Shown: piece by piece, positions 39,801 to 54,800 of the stretch
Position numbering within the stretch: position 1 is the stretch's first letter
Layout: every line of letters begins with the position of its first letter
Source of the DNA: Ruditapes philippinarum
Taxonomy: Eukaryota
DNA length: 64,000 bases
Assembly: GCF_026571515.1 (NCBI RefSeq)
Contig: NW_026857508.1
Coordinates: 62,001-126,000, forward strand
Reading direction: 5' to 3'
Made by a program: the position numbers and the translations under genes
Notes under the pieces: generated by a model
The model's input: only the letters and a program-made list of their open reading frames with translations
The model's database searches: none
What the model was told of the DNA's origin: nothing

Positions 39801-42800
39801 GTAGGCATTTAACAAATTACAGTGCATTAAAAGTTTAGATTAGTCAATAGAAATATGAGGTTACAATCACAAATTTCGCGAATGAATATCTTTTTTACCC
39901 AATGAAAAATGTTCGGCTATTTCCGTAAAGCTTTGGATTATCATGAATATCATTTTAATCAATGAAAATGCTATTTTTAGCTATGTCGATTAATGAATAC
40001 TCCAGAGCGTAGTACACAAATAAATCTGACTGTCGAGTAGTGGAATATATACATGTCGGACTGTTTTGGCGAGAAGATTTTCGCTAAATTATTTTCATCA
40101 GTGTTAAACAACAGGTTTATCGTGAACAAAATACCTCGAAATTAATAAGGATTGCAAACACGAAATGGAAATTCTCAATTTAGAATTACATAATGTATTC
40201 GTTTTTATTCAAGGTACATATGTATTACTTCGCCGTGGTGCAGAGGTAAGCGGTCTCGTTGAGGGTGTGAGAGGTCTATGGTTCAAATCCTAGTCGAGGC
40301 AATTCTATTTTTTTTTTATGCAAAATTCCATATGTATCAATCTCAAACTGTTATAGAAAAAAATCAAAACGCTGTCGCTGCGTTATAGTATATAAAAATA
40401 AACTTATACAGGAAAGTACATACAGATAGTCAGTATGATTTAGATTGCAAAGATCAGAAAATACCATAGAGCTGCAGCCCTTTGATTTTAAAATGTTTTG
40501 AATGATGTTATGCCGGAGAAATGAATTTTTGCTTGACACAATACGGATACTTTTTCTAAAAGGGAACAATTTATGTCATGTTATCAAACTAAATTTTGAA
40601 TATATAATATATATATATATATTAAAAGCAGTATCACAATAAAAGTTTAGAACTAATAAAATTCAATAAGCAAATTTTCGGTTAATTTTTTAGTATATGG
40701 AAACATTTCCTCTACATTTTCCAAAACGGGCATAAAGTTTGTTATCAAACAATATTAAGTCCCAGATTTACATAAAAAATGTTTATATCATTTGGTTAGA
40801 ATAAACAGTATATAAAGCTGCATGCCTCCAACCTCACTATTTGAGGAAAATCTTGAGTAAAATTTGTGCCATTTGCGCCAAAAAATATCCGCTGCGTTAT
40901 TTAGTCATGCCGGTGCAAAAGTTTAAAGAGCAGCATAATTTCGGTACACGGTTCACTCGGTCATATGATAGTGCATGGTGATATTGTACCTGTAAAATTC
41001 ACTGTTAGTATTTATCGGAACATTAAATTCAGAAAACAAGACAGTAATCGATTTATACCATTTAAAAGATTAAAACGGAATGAAACATCCACATAGCACA
41101 AAGTAACGTAAATGATATTTTCCGTTTTTTCTTTGTACCGATTGTTTTACTTCGATGTTAATTTTTCGTTTAAGTTAAGTCGTATTTTGAAACGGAGCAT
41201 GCGCAAAACAATTTTTGTAGACTGTTCCTAATGATTTTACGCTATAAATGAGATTCGTTCACTACAATCAGATACGCAAAAATGGATGCCGCAATCAATC
41301 AGTCTGAACACTGTGGAGAGGTCTGATTTGTTTAACTTCCACGTGTAACGGTATTTTGATACTTCTTCTGATGCCTATGTAACAACCGGTTTGATTGCGT
41401 GGCTAAAAAAAGCTTTCTCGGGAAATCCGAATTATAAAGAAGGCGAAACATATACCGTCGTCATCAGATCTACATAAAGGAAATATGTAGATCCGAACAG
41501 ACTGGATGTTAAATACTCCTGCAAAACTAAACACAATAAATCTCAGCTCTTAATGGACATAATCCCATCACGATTTTCTTATAAGAGCAATGAGTTGTGG
41601 CTTTTAATCATGTTTAATTGCATTGATACTTCCATGAAGTTATTAGTTGAAGTAATGTCTTTAATTTTATAATAGGCAGGCATTCAGCAGCACGTTCAGC
41701 AGCACGTGGAATAAATACGTGGAACATTTTATAGGAACAAGGAACTACTTTTCTTACCTTTAGAAATATTATACTTGTAGTCTACAATACCAAAATCTGG
41801 AGCTTCTATTGCTGTGTACGTTATTCTAAATCCCTCGACAGTGTAAATATATTGTTTGTGCCATGGGTCAGGTCCTTTATAAAAAGAAATGGTTAGCCTA
41901 TCGAATGAAGAGGTGACTACATCCGGGGGTCTTTTAAGATTGCAGTATGACGTCTCCTTTCCCATATCTTTAATTTTGAATTCCGACTTGTACAATTCTA
42001 AAACAGAAAACAAAAATATGTTATGTTTATATTATGTAAAGAATGACAACCAAGATCATCAAGGAAAGGCGACGATCACAGGACGCAGCTCTCTAATCTT
42101 TCCATATACAATGTCACCATTGAATTTTTAATATAATTTAATATTGCTAATTTCTCTTTAATTTGTATTGATGTTAATTATATCAACAATAATCTTGAAA
42201 GGGGAAATCCCGAAACAGCGCTGATAAAATAAAAAAGGAAGTAATTGCAGTTTTGGTTTGTCCGTGTCTTTTCATGGGAGATAGCAAAAAGTGCAACCTC
42301 TCTTACGAAACCCAAGCACCGACTTGAGTGATATCTAATTTTCCTCACTGTAAGCTTTGAAGTATATGATTGTTTAGGACAATAAAATACAACAACAACG
42401 AGATACGGCTGCTACCACACAAGAGTAACACCCGTTGTTGTGAGAACAAAGATCCTTTGAGAGCACTGAAATCAGACTCGGTTAAAACGCGACAACTCGC
42501 TACGTATAAGACGAACGTCAGCTTTTTTTTAAAAACTATCTTAGTGTGTGCAATGAAATATGTACGGAATAAGTGTATCATGCAATTGTCAAGGTACATG
42601 TATGTATATCCCTATCATAAATATCAATGCTAAGCGCACAAAGATAAAATATTTAATTTTAAAATGTGTATGCATATTGATATATGCTTTTACAAATCTA
42701 CTTTTCTATATTACAGATAAAACGGTTGGGTGGGGGGTCAATTTTCTCTTATAAAGATCATTTAAATTTCAGAATGTACGAAAAAGTAAAGGCATCAAAG

Positions 42801-45800
42801 CTATTAGATAACAGTTTCAATACCTGACTTATATTAATATATGTGTACATGTATCCTGTAATATTTGTATATATGAATCCAGTCTTGTTCAGGTTTTATT
42901 TGCTTTTCAGTTATCTTGTGTGTAAAATATTTGACTTTTGATGTTGAAATAATCATAGTAAGAACGCATTTTTATTATATTATATTAGAATATTAAATAT
43001 GTTTTTCATTTAATGCACATCATTTAAAATAGATAAATGAATAATAATAAAACTAAATATCTGAATAATGATAATAGAAAATACCACTCTGGCAAGGTAA
43101 ATAGAAGTCAAAAATTTTAAGCTGTAGGCGTTTCATCGGAACATGAATTGTCCATTGCTCAACTGTTTCTACAAACGGAAATCCAAGATATCTCATTGGT
43201 GCAAAAGTCATTTCTGACCCTTTGCAAGTCTCTTTCAACCCTTCATGCCATGGCACATCTGTCAGAACGGAAAAACAGGCCGGTACTTCTGAAAAAATAG
43301 AGCATATAATTGTGACATCATATAGTTGTAAAGACACATAAATTGTTAAAGATGGCATTTTTATATATCAAATTTTAAACTTTAAATGGACTGTTCCAAA
43401 ATAAAAACAGTGCATACCCATTTAACAAAATCGGAACAACACGGGTTCAAACCCAAAACAACAAAACATTCATTCTCAAAGATTTACTTACTGCCATATG
43501 TGGCAAACGCTCTAAATCCAGAACCTCGAATTCTAGGTGAGTGGTTTGGACACGAAACAAAAGATAAAACAATTTGTGTCTCTTTTGTCTCTACAGTGAG
43601 CGAAAATTCCACGTCGTTAAACATACTATCTATAACTCTCGAAGAACTTTGGAGATCATTAGATATCGTCACCGAATCATTGCAAGCGTATTCTGAATTA
43701 TCAAGCGCTACCTGTAATCAAAATAATGTATTATGTTTTTTTTTAATTTAGAGCTTTTGATTTTACAGGATGTTTCATTATAACAACAAAGTGTTTTTCG
43801 GTCGTCTGCTGTTCGTTGGATACCAACGACTGAACCAGCAACATTTATCAGCCCCGGGAGTTTTGGCCGATAACCAGTCGATTAGAGGTGTGTCAAAGAC
43901 AGCTTTTGCATTGATTACCTTTTTACAATTTCATGAGACGATTAAAACCAATCAAAACGCTCGTTCTATACGACATTCGGTATAAAAGACAAAATTGCGA
44001 CAGCCAATTAAATTCAGCTGTCAAATGTTATTAAAAAATGAACGATTTTAAGCAAAAAATAAACAATTTACTTTCATTGTCGCCGTTGGAGGATATAAAT
44101 TAATAAACATGATTTCATTGGTCGATATTTCACGCAACTGTTGCTAAATATCGACTCAAATCGATTCATTTTACCCACGGCTTAATCAACCTCAACCGAA
44201 GGGGTATCCATCGATGGTTCTAGTAAATTATAGGGCCATTTGCGGTGCCTGCCGGACAGTTTGCTAGTAACGGTAAAACCAAGTTTACCGAGAACGAATA
44301 TCTTACATAACATGATATAATTATGCTACATTTGCATTGTAAAGATAATTGTTGTTTCCAATACATGCCTCCAAATTCGTTGTATGTTATAACAATATTT
44401 GAATGTAGGACCATGACTTTGTAACATACTCATATACAACAGAACAAGGTATTTCAAACTGTTTGTATAAATTATGTTTCTCCCGTGTGGCAATCTACAT
44501 TAAATTACAAACTCTCCTTTAAGTTATGCAATGTAAAACATATTCACAATTTTCTTTACATTTTCATAAAATTAACACAAATATCATTGTATGAAATTGT
44601 AAAACCATTTGGAGAATTCTGTATAATTGATCAAACATAGACGAATTCTATAAAAATCGACCAAACATGAGACATTATCAAATAGAGTGTAGAACTGCAT
44701 AACTGCATAATTCAATAGAAGTATTTGAAGCACCCAAAATTATCTAGTCGTGTTTCATATACATTCTATATAAACATAATAGTTAAGATATTAGTCTATA
44801 AAAAAGAAAATCATGATAGTTACGCTATTAGTGTTTAGATCAACATGTGTAAAGACCAGTTTGATAAAGTGCAATTCAGGGTATCTGATTATCCAAAGGC
44901 GCGCCTGGTTATTCTCATACTGGTTTGGGAATTCGACACTTTTAAGAATACTTGTAAACTCATAAATTTCGCTGGTTAATGCAATAGTCTCATAGTATCC
45001 GAATTGCTTCTTTCTCACTAACATATTGGACGATATTGGCTTTTCTGTAATAATAAAACATGAGTTTTCATTTCTAAAGATGTGTACAGGATCTGTTTAA
45101 TGAAGTTTCGAAAACCATTTGTATATGTTAATGCCTATGAGTTAAACTGAAATCATTGAAAGACCCGCGTTCTTAAAACACCCGAAGACAGAGCTAACAT
45201 GTTACTTACTATATGATATATAAAGTAATTAAAACAATGCATTGGCGCTGGCTTGAGTGTGTTAGTAATGCAATGCACATTGCTTATTTCATGATTTAAT
45301 TATGGTTTCAATGAAATGAAGCATTTATAAAATAATTATTTTTGTTCAATTATAGCGCATTAAATATTGACATGGCACTCGAATAAAAGAACATTATCTG
45401 GTTAATATCTTTTGAATCATATTCTAAGATATGACTTAACATTCGCTTACCCACATCCTTACAGCCATGTAGTTCAAACTTAAAACAAAAATGCTGATTT
45501 CTCTGTCCGCGCTCTATCTCAATAGTCACAGCTGATGCTATTACACTTTGCGAGAACCAAACTGTCTGTGGAACCGTATCTGGCTTGGAAGTGTCGACAA
45601 CAAACGTCTTGGATAAAGAATAAAAAATGGTGGATTATTTTGAGGACCCATGCGACTCTTAACGTCAATTTATCGTTTCAAAAAATAATATTTTTACACT
45701 TCACACTCTTTTATTGTTCATAATAATGAATATTTAAATCATTTTTAATAGAAGAACTGGTAGATGAATAAAACTTTGAAATTCGTTTTGGTAACTTTGG

Positions 45801-48800
45801 TCGGCTACTTCTATATCTAGATTACAGCAACCTTGTGCATGAACATCTGTAAAAGCAAGATGACGCATTTAAAGCCAAAGGTCACAGTGCGAGGGATTAA
45901 ATAAATTCGAGGGCTTTCGCAGATGTTAATACGCGAAAAATAATGTGCATGAACCATATTCTTACATAACACTCTACATATAAATGGGTTACCCCATGTT
46001 TCGTTATCAGCTTTTCGTATAAAGAGGCCATTGCTTGTGCCAAGCTTTACATGTGCTAGTGTAATGTCTATATTTTGGTAATAAAACTAACGGGTCGTCA
46101 TTACATTAAGCTTCTTCTTCATTCTGCCCTAAGTCATGCATATAAGAAAACGCGTGATCACGTTAATACATGTTTTCCTCTCCGTCTGTTTAATGCAAGA
46201 ATATTTGTTAAAAGCAAGAATTCATTATCATCAACTCATAATTGGCGGATGTATTGATATTTATTCAGACATGACAATTATATGTAGAAATTTGAGTGCT
46301 ATACAGTTAAATGTTTTACATAAAGTGTTTAATGCATGTATTTATCAATTTCACATGTCTTCATGTACTTGAAAATATATGGTTGCAATGATGACAAGTA
46401 AATGGTCTTGATAGATCAACATGTAAATTTTGTATTCTGTATTTATAATCAGAAGCCTTCTAAGATCCAAATTAAAGATAAAAGAATTTCGATTATAAGT
46501 TGATTACACGAAATTTTGCAGTTTGTGAATTACAACTTATGAGTTTCAAATTTGTTGATAATCTGTGCTAAGAACAAGAGTTCCTGTTCCAGTTCTCCGT
46601 CCACGAAATTTTTTTAATGTTTGCCTGAGTACCGCTTTAGAACCATTTCTTGAACTAGTTTAATACTTAATTTAATATTATATGGCAAATTATGCGAAAT
46701 CCTATATATTTACACTTTGGTTACTATTTAGCTATAACATAAAACGGCCAATGATAATTTGACCACATCATGTGTTTTGTTGGTCTTTTCACCACCGTAG
46801 CAATAAAAGCTATATTCCTTGTCAATTTTATGCATAAAGCAAAGAAACAAGTTGCAAACTAAATAGTACATTTTGAAAACAAACACTACATACATACATT
46901 GTTGTATAGATTAAAGAATTTAAATTAACCAGTCAAATCGGAATAAAATCGGTTGCTAAATAACGTTACGCTTATAATCATAACATTATATGAAAGTTAG
47001 TGATATTTTTCATATGAAGGAACTTATATACTTACATATATTTACTGTTAATGGTCTAGACTAAGGAAATAACATGTTAACATTGTAGATTTATATGGTA
47101 CCATTGCAGATTTACATGTTTACATTGAAGATGCATATGCTGACATTGTTAATGTATATGTTAACATCGTAAATGTATATGTTAACATTGTAGATGTATA
47201 TGCTAACATTGTAGATGCATATGTTAACATTGTAGATGCACAAGATAAAAACTAGCTATTAACCTTGTTATACATATATAACGATGTGTTTGAGTAACCA
47301 TTTGATAATGCAATCATCACTTCAACTGGACCAAATGGCACCCATTGTTTACTTCTAAAAGACAAAGACACTTCAGCATCCCGTGAATTGTAAAATGTAA
47401 CACCCTCAATAAACATCTGTTTTTGAAGTTCAACCTTTAAAAAAGAAAAAAAAATCATTTAAAGTCATAATTAAAGGTGTTAAACAAATAACTACATGTA
47501 CTTTTGTTTGAGCATATGATATTAATCATTTCCTTATTTGAAACCGAAAATGATTGGCCTTTGTCATCTGAGACATGCCACCTACAATTCCATGCAGATT
47601 GACCAAGTTCTTCAGATTGGTAGTTCAATTTTATTATTTTAATTCTGAAATCCACTTACCTTTGAATGGATTGATCCTGATTCATAGCAGGGAAAAATCT
47701 GTTACATAAATTTTAAAAACAAAACACTATTAGAGCATTTGCAGCCAAATCATAGCATTTGTCAGACCCAAAATAAAGTGTTGAAATTTTCTTTCTATCT
47801 GCAGCGTTATTTTTGAGGTTATAATTAATTTGAAAATATGACATATGAGGAGAGACTTAATTAGGCACGATTTAATCTTAAAACAATTTGAAGTATCATT
47901 AAAAGGTATATATACCCGAATATAAGGCATGTTATCATAAGGATCCGGACACCAACCAGAATAATACGGTCTGGCATTGACTGGTGGACAGTAATGGTAA
48001 AACGATGATGCCGATATCTGAGCATCTTTAATGTTCTGCTCACTCATTCCAAGGTCCGTATTACAGCTACTCAAATGATCTATTATTTAGAGAAAAGTGC
48101 GCTAACTTCGCAAAACATATTTTTACAACCATTCATAAACATTTAAATAAACTTTTTAGCAAAATACGATAAGTAATTTCAAGTCACTGATATGTAATGA
48201 AAAATTCTAGCAGGAAATTTATATTGTTACTCAGCAAGACAAAGCCCGACACTTTAGTTTCTTACACTCAGTAAAGAACTTAAGTACTTATTATATGTAA
48301 AAGATACATAATGCTCAAATTTGATATTCGAAAAAAAAACAACAACAACAAAAAACAACTGATTGTTACTATACATTCTCTTTTGAAAACAACAACAACA
48401 AAAAATCTTTTGAATACACACAGAGAAAATATGTTACGTTTTAAACTTTACACACTACAGGTAATCACAGTATACTTACATAGTGCCAATAAAAATGGCA
48501 GTTTTTATACTGTATCAATTTGACAAGTGATAAGGACTACAGCTTCCCAAACATAGTTTATACAGTCACTTATTCAATTTAAACATACTCAGGAAGAATT
48601 TACTAGATTTTAATAGATATCTGCAATAAAAGTAATTTACTAAAAATGAGCATATATAGTATATCTTCAAGTTATGGTCAACTGATCCAGAAAAACAATG
48701 TTTTTTAATGATAAAGTGATAATCACCGTTTCCAATATGTTCAGTGTATACTTCCATTTTTAGTAGATCAAAGTCAAGTTGTTCTTCAGCATCATTCCAC

Positions 48801-51800
48801 ACGACTACAAAACGACCTTCAACAATCCTTTTTCATAACACGAAGGACAATATAATGCATGTCAAATGAAATTATTACGATAAAAGCTATTCAGTTTTTA
48901 AAATTTATAATATTGCGTATTTAATCTCTTACAGCTTTTTAAATCATGAGATAATTTAAAATATTTTCAAAAAGAAGAACACAGTGTTGAACATCAACAT
49001 AGAGAACAACATAGTATGTTATAATCTATTTATCCTGGATAATCCTTTCCATGCTAAATATCTTAGATAGACTTGTTCAGATTTCAATCTGGACAAAACC
49101 ATTAGAAAGATTTCAAGACTAGCACTGACTGAATAGCGAAAAATGTAGACAGTGGTCAGATAATTATATCTTGGTCTGATCTGGTCGCTACGCAAAGGTA
49201 GAATCAATGACCGCCGGCAGACCTTTTAGAATTTTTAGCTATATTTGAATTTAAAATGATGTATGGTTTTGACATGATTGAAAATAGGGCAAGTATGCTT
49301 AAAATATTTAGGTAAAGATAAAATTACAAAATGACAAAATGCGTCTGTACATTCTTTATTAATCTACCAGATAATCTTCGGATACCCCGGCCGAACCATT
49401 ACCATTTATTAACCTTTGGATGTTCGGTATTAAAGACCAAATTGAGGCAACCAATTGATTAAATTCAGCAGTGAAAAGTTCATTATTAACAATGTGAACG
49501 ATTTCCAGCAAAAAAAGCATAGACAATTTACTGTCTTATTCTTTTAACCTTGACAGTTGAAGAATATTAATTTTGTTTAACAGATATTTTACGCTCCAGT
49601 TGCTGTTTATCCACGCAAATCGATTCATTTCACTAACGGATGGGTAACATGTTTAATCAACCGTGGGTATACGATGATAGTAACAAATGATAACATAATT
49701 ATCATGATAGAATAGGTCTTCGTTCTTTAGTTAAACGTGTTTCACAGTACCTTGTAAAAAGTAGACTTAAAGACCAATCGTTTATGCGACAAACTTGAAC
49801 ATGGGGGCATATCATAGCTTCACCAAATATAAAATTCCATTTCTCACGACTTATATAACATCCAAACTTGTAATCTTCGCAAAAATTCCCTGATAAAAGA
49901 AGATGTAAATTTATGAATGTATGCGATCATAAATATTAACAGTTATCATCTTATGAATACTGACTTTGAATTTGATTATAAAGAAATAAATCATGTCATT
50001 CTTAAATAGACTTTTAAATCATAGAATAAATTTTACCCTTCAAATGAATAATACTTGTTTTAAATTCATTCAATTCATTTTCATCATTTGCTACGTAATT
50101 CCATTTTTGTGAATGTTCATGTGTATAACAAAAGTATTTGACTGTAAAACAGTTGTTATCCTTTACCTTGGACCATCTGGAACCGAAACTGACCAGTCTA
50201 AGCAGCACGGATATACCCGGACATACCGTATTAGTTACCTGCACTCCAGAGAATGCCAACTGAATGGCTCATTTTTGCTGGGGTATACTAATCGTGACGG
50301 GTGAGAAAGGGAAAGCGATAGAAATATCATATTTAGATGTTCGTTCATTGGTTACTTTTTTTTTGGGGGGGGGGGGGTTCATACGTGCTTTTATGTTTGA
50401 CTATGATGCAAAAGAGAAAGAACATCAGAACACTCGGCAATCTGATCAGATAGCCTCGTGTTTCGATGCTCCTTTTATAACTTATCCCGGCATAAAAAGG
50501 CATATTGTGAGCTTTTCTACAACAGCTGTTTGGTCTCCACATTAAAGGTAATAAAGTATATGTATATAATATTCAATTCTTAAACTGTAAGAGACATAAT
50601 AAGAAAAACATCTAAAACGCCTGAGGATTATATAAAGGATAAAGACACAGTATGCAAAAAGGGGAAATATTGAATGAAAAAAAAATGACATAGCATAAAG
50701 ATATTACAAACTAAGGAAAAGAAAAACTGAAATTTAATATGAAAAAAAAGAAAGAAAAAAAAAGAAAGAAAAAGAATAAATTTTGGAAAATTTATGAAAT
50801 AATACATGAATAAAGCCTTAAACGAGAATATTATTTATTCATAATAACAAATGCTACCTACCAGAGCTATCTAAATTGCCCGTGATTCTCGAGAAAGCGT
50901 AGTATGTAATTCTTTTTTCTGTAAAATAATTGAAAAAATAAATAAATATGCATAATAACATATAAATAGCAATTAAAATTTGGCTTTAGTTTTTAATAAA
51001 TATATATTTGATTAAAATAACTCTAATCCATGTGTACTTTTACAAATTTTATCTTCTTGGTAACTAGCTGAAAAGATGAGCGCAGATTTACAACCATTTC
51101 GTCAAACTTCAAAGACGATAGTACGAGTACGGTATTCCGGTTACATCCACTGGATTCGAACCGTTTTAACATACTTGATTCTGACCATTTGCCGGAAGCC
51201 AGCATAACGAGAGTTGAACTTTGTAGCCCTGACAAATTGACCAGGTGATAAAATCTTAGAGTAAACAGCTAGGAAAGTATACAGGACGAGGCTGAAGGTT
51301 TTTTTTATTTTCGTCAGTGCATGAGTCTTTTAGATTGTTATTGTACTATTTCTTGTCTTATGACCTTTTTATTCAAACAGCATCAATCTAACAAAATGTT
51401 TTAAGTCACTGGCTAGTTTCTTTTTTCAAGGTGTTACCTTAAAAATTCATCGTATAATATTTTTTTTAAATACAATTATACATGAGATTATCAGCGTTCT
51501 AGTGTTCCAACATTTATATTTTTTATAAACTATCGTTATATTAGATGTTCAATATTCGGATACATACCCACACGTAATGAAATGTCAACAGCAGACACAG
51601 CAATTGTATGGCCAAGATCACCAATCATCCATTGATTGTAGTCTTTAAACATGTTGTCTTACAAAATACATGGATGAAATTTAATATATTTGCAACAATA
51701 TTTAGAGCACGCATATATGAAAGCATATATATACATGTATACATGTATAAGAAACAAACAGTCATTGTGTACTGAACTGTGCTCGTTATTAGGGACAAAA

Positions 51801-54800
51801 TGTATAGCAATGCACTTTCTCAAAAAAGATCGTGAGGTTAAATACAGTAAGACATCCATTTGAAAAAGATGTTTTGACCCTAAAAATCAAAACACACAGC
51901 TACAAGAGGTTCGATATGAATTTGATACGGACCTTTTGGACTCTTGAAATGAAACGAGGTTTAATTGATAACATTGGATTCAAAACGATTTCTATACGAA
52001 CGTCACGTGGTGCAAGCTCTGAAAGTTCATGTGCTTTTTCACCTGAGCCGTAAAATGAAAATTGATTATAACGGAGTTGTTTTACCAGCAAGCTAGTGAC
52101 CGCTCGAATCGGGATCTTTTTGAATATAAACAACAGATTATTGCGTATACATTTACTGGTATGTTTTTGTAATCTTAAAGTCCCCAAAAATAACTGTTAA
52201 AGGCGATAATCGACTTTCAGTTTGACTATATGACGAAGATCTTATGTGTATTATTTCAGACACGAATTGGCATTCCAACAGAATCATCTATTTCCAGCAA
52301 GCTAGCTGGTAATCCTCCTTACATAAAAGAATTCAAAGTCTGTGTTGGGATTCGGACTCAAAACTATTAAGGACAAGGTATTTAAGGTCAGCGACATTGC
52401 CACTTAGCTACGGACAACCGACGCTTTTATACTTTGATCATTAAAATTTACAAATCATCAACTTGTATGTTAACACCATACCTTCTGGAAAAATTCTCGG
52501 AACACGCGTGTCTCCCGGGGTTCCGCTGGTAATATGTACACTATATGCTGAAAATACATTTATTTCATTTCTTAATAAAAACATAATTGGTCAAAACATA
52601 TATTTAAAATTTGTATGCTCTAAAATCATTGGAAATAAAAAGCTACATATTTGATTAATAAGAAATCCGATTTTTTTTTATAAAACGAATATAAGATCGC
52701 AACATGAAACACTCGGACCCAAATATCCAAATAAGTACTTATAACTATATACGGTAAACAATTTAATTTGTTAGTTTCCTTGAAACAGTGAGCTTATTAA
52801 CGGACCATTTTCTATTAACTGAACAACAGCAACAATAGAATAAACATGTATATTCTAGCTGCATTAAAGGTGAAAAATATACGGTACCTTGTTTTAATCT
52901 GTTTGTCATCAACCACGTTTCTTTGTCTGAAAAATAATTCACCAAGTATTAATTTGTTGATTATTCTAAAATTATTATACTGATACAAATGAACGCAAAA
53001 TGCATTGTTGCTTTGGACAGTGTCTAATTTTGATACGAGCTGTAAAGTTTTTATAACCAATCATACAATCAGAATTATTTTACTTTCGTACAATCATCTT
53101 TTCATTAAATTCCTAGCATAAAATTGTTGTTATGTTAACGTTTATACTATGTGATACTATTTTTGCCACGATTTAATAACATTATTTTATTACAGCCATC
53201 GTCAGTACGTTTCGATGCTTTGGATTTATTTTATTTTATACTGGTATAAATACGATTTAACTTTTGTAGGAACTAACAATATCCCTGTCAACGAACTTTC
53301 TCAAATATTTTTGTATCACAAATTTGATATTTTACAATTCAAATCACTTTGATTTCGTCACTTTATTACTTTATAAATGATATGATTTGAAAAACAGCCA
53401 GAAGATAATATTTATTGAAAGTATTCCAATGTCAAAGATTAATGAGATAATTTATAAACAATGTAAACTGCAAGTAACGGTTACCATCAACATTTGTCTC
53501 CAATTCATAATAACAATAGTTTTCAAGAAGAAATAAATTGTCTTCGTTGGTATTGCTTTGACCAAGGTATAACGATTCTTCAATAAAATGTGCGTTCCTT
53601 ATTTTTTGACAAGTTTTGTCATCATTCTGAAATGAAAAGGAAAACCGGTATACTCTTTTTATTTTCCTGATCAATATATTAAACTGTCTACAGTCATTGA
53701 AATGTCGTTTCAAATCGCTCCTGATTTCTTTTGTATAGCATATACAAGATGCAAACTAAAAGCACGAGGTGTTGCATTATGCAAAACAGTTCATATAAAA
53801 TATTTACATTGTTGAAAAAAAGGAAATATTTAATTCATATCATTTAAACATTTGTTTAATAAGCTAAATTTGACCTGTATCACATTGCGATTGTAATTAT
53901 AAGACTTGTAAAAAGGTATCTTAAAAAATAAACTCCTTATCAGTTAAGAAGATCAGATGACCAATGTCTTTGCCCAGTTGCCCACCGATAAGATTGGCCT
54001 ATGCCCAAAAAGTATGTTCTTTTTTGTATTCTGAGCTTGTTTTACTTGCCTTGATCAAGACGAAATACGACCAATACGGCGAACTTTCCCGCTGTCTATG
54101 AATAAATTGCACGGGAACATCAGTGTCCTCATCGCTCAAGTTAAAATCATTCTTCCATGAACACATCTTCATTTGAAGAATATCTGTATTCAATAGTGAA
54201 CATCTAATTAAGAATCATTTTCAATAAAGATTTCAAATTGTTCATTTTCTCAATAAAGATATTATCTTAGTTCAATTGTTTGGAAACTTTTAGGATATTG
54301 AAACACTCTCGAGTCCGTGCCTGGAACCAGCCAGTACTTAGCAATGAGAGTAAAGTTTCTTGCTCAAATTGAACCGTCAACCAAATGCATAACACAAAAT
54401 CATCGAAAAGAATTAACCCAGATTCTTGTCATTATTTTTCCATTTTTCATTTTTGGAAACAAAATTGTGATTGAATTAATGAGTTTAAAAGGGGCTTTCT
54501 ACAAATGTTTAAACTGCATCGTATAAATACGTTTTTCTCAGCATTTTGAAAAAAAAAGTTAAGTATCTTTTCTTAAAATGATTATTGCAACCTACGTTAC
54601 TTTGTTAGAAAATGATGCCCTTGATATTTATATCTAATGTGCTTTCAAACATTTTGCCAACCACAGAAATATATTTTCTACTCTCTAGTATCATAAGACT
54701 GAATTATCAAGCTCACCGTGTATACCATCATTAAGTATTTTGAAATCCGGGAGAAAACCGTCAGCGTCCCACCGTGTTATATTTGGTAGAGTAATGTTTT

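Noticed and set aside
51023-52187. Minus-strand ORFs in the linker-region introns as extra exons
   Set aside because: No convincing splice sites or domain motifs, and the model is in frame without them
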